Assembly: GCA_034670305.1 (NCBI GenBank) | Contig: JAXMNT010000008.1 | Span: 64,001-128,000, forward strand | Direction of reading: 5' to 3' | From: Deltaproteobacteria bacterium | GTDB taxonomy: Bacteria; Myxococcota_A; Polyangia; Polyangiales; Houyiibacteriaceae | DNA: 64,000 nucleotides | Shown: positions 63,166 through 64,000 of the stretch, in pieces | Position numbering within the stretch: the first letter of the stretch is position 1 | Layout: each line of letters begins with the position of its first letter | Notes under the pieces: generated by a model | What the model saw: the letters and a program-made list of their open reading frames with translations, nothing else | Told to the model about the DNA's origin: nothing | The model's database searches: none | Position numbers and translations under genes: made by a program

Positions 63166-63864
63166 CTACGCACGTTTGGTGAGCGCACGGAGCATTTTCC
63201 GCCGGAGAAGGAGCGTCAGCTGCTCGCCGAGCTCGGTGGCCACCGTCACCAGGCGCTCGACATCGGCAGGTTCCGCGCGGGCTGCGATCCCGTGCTCGAA
63301 CAGCTCGAGCTCGACTCGGGCCAGGTTCCGGACCGCTTCCATGTAGGGTTCGAGGATGGTGTACGGCAGCATCTCCGCATCGAGCCCCGCCTTGCGCGCG
63401 GAGCCGAGCAGCCGGAGCAGCGCCAAGTCGTCGCCTCGAAACCCCACCGCACCGTCGACCGTCTCAGGCGTGACGAGGCCCACGGTCTCGAAGAACTTCA
63501 GTTGCACTTCGGGCACCCCCGCCGCGAGCAGGTCGTCGCGGGTTCGGAAAGACTCGTCTCGCTGCTGTGCCAACACGCCCTGGACCGCGTCGGCGATCTC
63601 GATGCCGAAACGCTCCGCCCGTTCGAGCACGTCCTTGATGATCTTCAACGGCAGAAACCGGGTGCGCTGCAGCTCTTTGATGGCGCGGATCCGCGGCACG
63701 AGGGCGGCGTCGTAGTACGCCATGTTGCGGCTGGTGCGTTTGGGCTGCGGCAAGAGCCCTTCGAGCACGTAGTGTTTGATGGTCGCCGCAGGCACCCCGC
63801 TCCGGCGCGCCAGTTCACTCATCTTGACGCGCTCGACCGGCCTGTCGGATGAAGAACGTCCCAC
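63166..63864 (-). CDS. MerR-family transcriptional regulator
   Basis: MSELARRSGVPAATIKHYVLEGLLP..YY..RIRAIKELQ..LPLKIIK; start GTG 63864 or ATG 63822. Confidence 0.88.
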   Translation of the reverse strand: MGRSSSDRPVERVKMSELARRSGVPAATIKHYVLEGLLPQPKRTSRNMAYYDAALVPRIRAIKELQRTRFLPLKIIKDVLERAERFGIEIADAVQGVLAQQRDESFRTRDDLLAAGVPEVQLKFFETVGLVTPETVDGAVGFRGDDLALLRLLGSARKAGLDAEMLPYTILEPYMEAVRNLARVELELFEHGIAARAEPADVERLVTVATELGEQLTLLLRRKMLRALTKRA

Positions 63865-64000
63865 GCTCGTCGGTCTAGACGCACAGAGTGAGAAGTTCAA
63901 CTGTCTGCCCGCCACCACGGGTCTGCCCGCTTCGCGAAGCCTGGCGACCCCATGCACCCCCCCTATCGAGGAAGCCGGCCTTCGCTAGGCCCAGGTGCGG

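Overview
A GC-rich, gene-dense window that looks like a myxobacterial chromosome (Myxococcota, probably Polyangia-like). The assignment is inferred from FecR+TPR anti-sigma, TonB-fused receptor, MglA/SofG-type GTPase, PilT paralogue and Cys/DAG-rich lipoprotein genes. About 52 CDSs are supportable. They include a complete mraZ-rsmH-ftsL-ftsI-murE-murF-mraY-murD-ftsW-murG dcw block that stops at murG, plus fabH, tyrA, thiL, rnhA, MATE, DAACS, GMC, a PL1 pectate lyase and two TonB-dependent receptors. I found no rRNA, tRNA, CRISPR, integrase or transposase. Best leads: (1) an outer-membrane repeat protein / ECF sigma / FecR-TPR anti-sigma module (3908-7761) with no TonB receptor and a duplicated bipartite motif TTTGCAACGTTC-N11/12-GGCACTG just before two start codons, a candidate autoregulatory ECF promoter; (2) ten hexamer (GCCGAN/TCGGCN) tracts of about 235-370 nt, half intergenic and half read as A/S/D/E linkers, some with G-rich caps and terminal inverted repeats; (3) TAnnnT boxes 5-7 nt before many start codons, suggesting leaderless mRNAs; (4) a Zur-like palindrome ahead of a receptor + two-lipoprotein operon; (5) a receiver gene and an HPt-PAS kinase gene separated by one in-frame TGA; (6) a SofG-like GTPase coupled to a Cys-less PocR kinase. 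All product calls come from motif recognition by eye, not database searches.
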